Assembly (NCBI GenBank): GCA_964517475.1
Contig: CAZFDB010000001.1
Span: 1-26,479 of the forward strand
Reading direction: 5' to 3'
Source: an uncultured Desulfurococcaceae archaeon
Lineage (GTDB): Archaea > Thermoproteota > Thermoprotei_A > Sulfolobales > AG1
Length of the DNA: 26,479 nucleotides
The notes beneath the pieces were generated by a model. That model worked only from the letters and a program-made list of their open reading frames with translations, was not told the origin of the DNA and made no database searches. Below are positions 26,086-26,479 of the stretch, in pieces. A program made the translations under genes and the position numbers. Numbering within the stretch: the first letter of the stretch is position 1; each line of letters begins with the position of its first letter.

Positions 26086-26479
26086 TTAGCCTTGCTCAGC
26101 AGTCACTGGAACACTATAAGCCTGTCCACCACCAGTTAAGATTACCACAGTGTATGTAATACCGGGTTCAACACTACAAGAAGTTCCAAAATCAACGTCT
26201 AATCTAGCAACAGCGCCGGGTTGTAGGTTACTTAGCGGATTATCTTTTGAACAAACAGGAACTTCCTTTATATAAACTTTCTGGATTGATACGCTGGAGG
26301 TTCCTATGTTCTTTACTGTTACATTAAAAACCACTCCGCTACTTTTATTTACTAGTCTGGCGTCTTGGAATATTTGTAGTTTTTCTGTTGGTCCTGCTGT
26401 TGATCCGAAGATACCGTAGATCCATGCTACTACTATTACTGCTATTGCTATTGTTACTGCTATGAGGATTATTGTTGCT
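26086..26479 (-). CDS. Archaeal type IV pilin, 5'-truncated by window edge
   Basis: The frame stays open to the window end, reading ATIILIAVTIAIAVIVVAWIYGIFGSTAGPTEKLQI.... The ORF track start at 26334 is internal. Confidence 0.88.
   Translation of the reverse strand, partial: ATIILIAVTIAIAVIVVAWIYGIFGSTAGPTEKLQIFQDARLVNKSSGVVFNVTVKNIGTSSVSIQKVYIKEVPVCSKDNPLSNLQPGAVARLDVDFGTSCSVEPGITYTVVILTGGGQAYSVPVTAEQG

Noticed and set aside
1-26479. tRNA, rRNA, CRISPR array, IS element or integrase
   Set aside because: By eye I found no T-loop/cloverleaf, regularly spaced direct repeats, terminal inverted repeats or transposase ORF. tRNAscan-SE and Infernal/Rfam were not run.

Overview
Core-genome window of a thermophilic crenarchaeon (Thermoprotei-like, roughly 35-40% GC by eye, GGTG/GGAGG ribosome-binding sites, many TTG/GTG starts). 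Contents in order: (1) a complex I-like operon nuoA-B-C-D-H-I-J-K-M-L on the minus strand, with nuoL running off the window start and no nuoEFG within the window; (2) PINA ATPase plus Hjc resolvase; (3) an SPFH/stomatin gene plus NfeD protease; (4) a 52-aa Glu/Trp-repeat microprotein absent from the ORF track; (5) RNase Z plus archaeal D-aminoacyl-tRNA deacylase; (6) a canonical four-box C/D guide sRNA overlapping the start of a translin/TRAX-like nuclease gene; (7) a UPF0200/CoaE-like kinase; (8) purB-purA-FAD oxidoreductase; (9) gatCAB plus a Fap7/AK6-type kinase; (10) a flippase-like transporter and two paralogous type IV pilins, the second cut by the window end. I found no tRNA, rRNA, CRISPR array or mobile element. 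The strongest unannotated signals are the C/D sRNA fused to the translin gene start, the poly-Glu/Trp microprotein, and an apparent excess of RGATCY palindromes, hand-counted in three segments and falling in all three reading frames.
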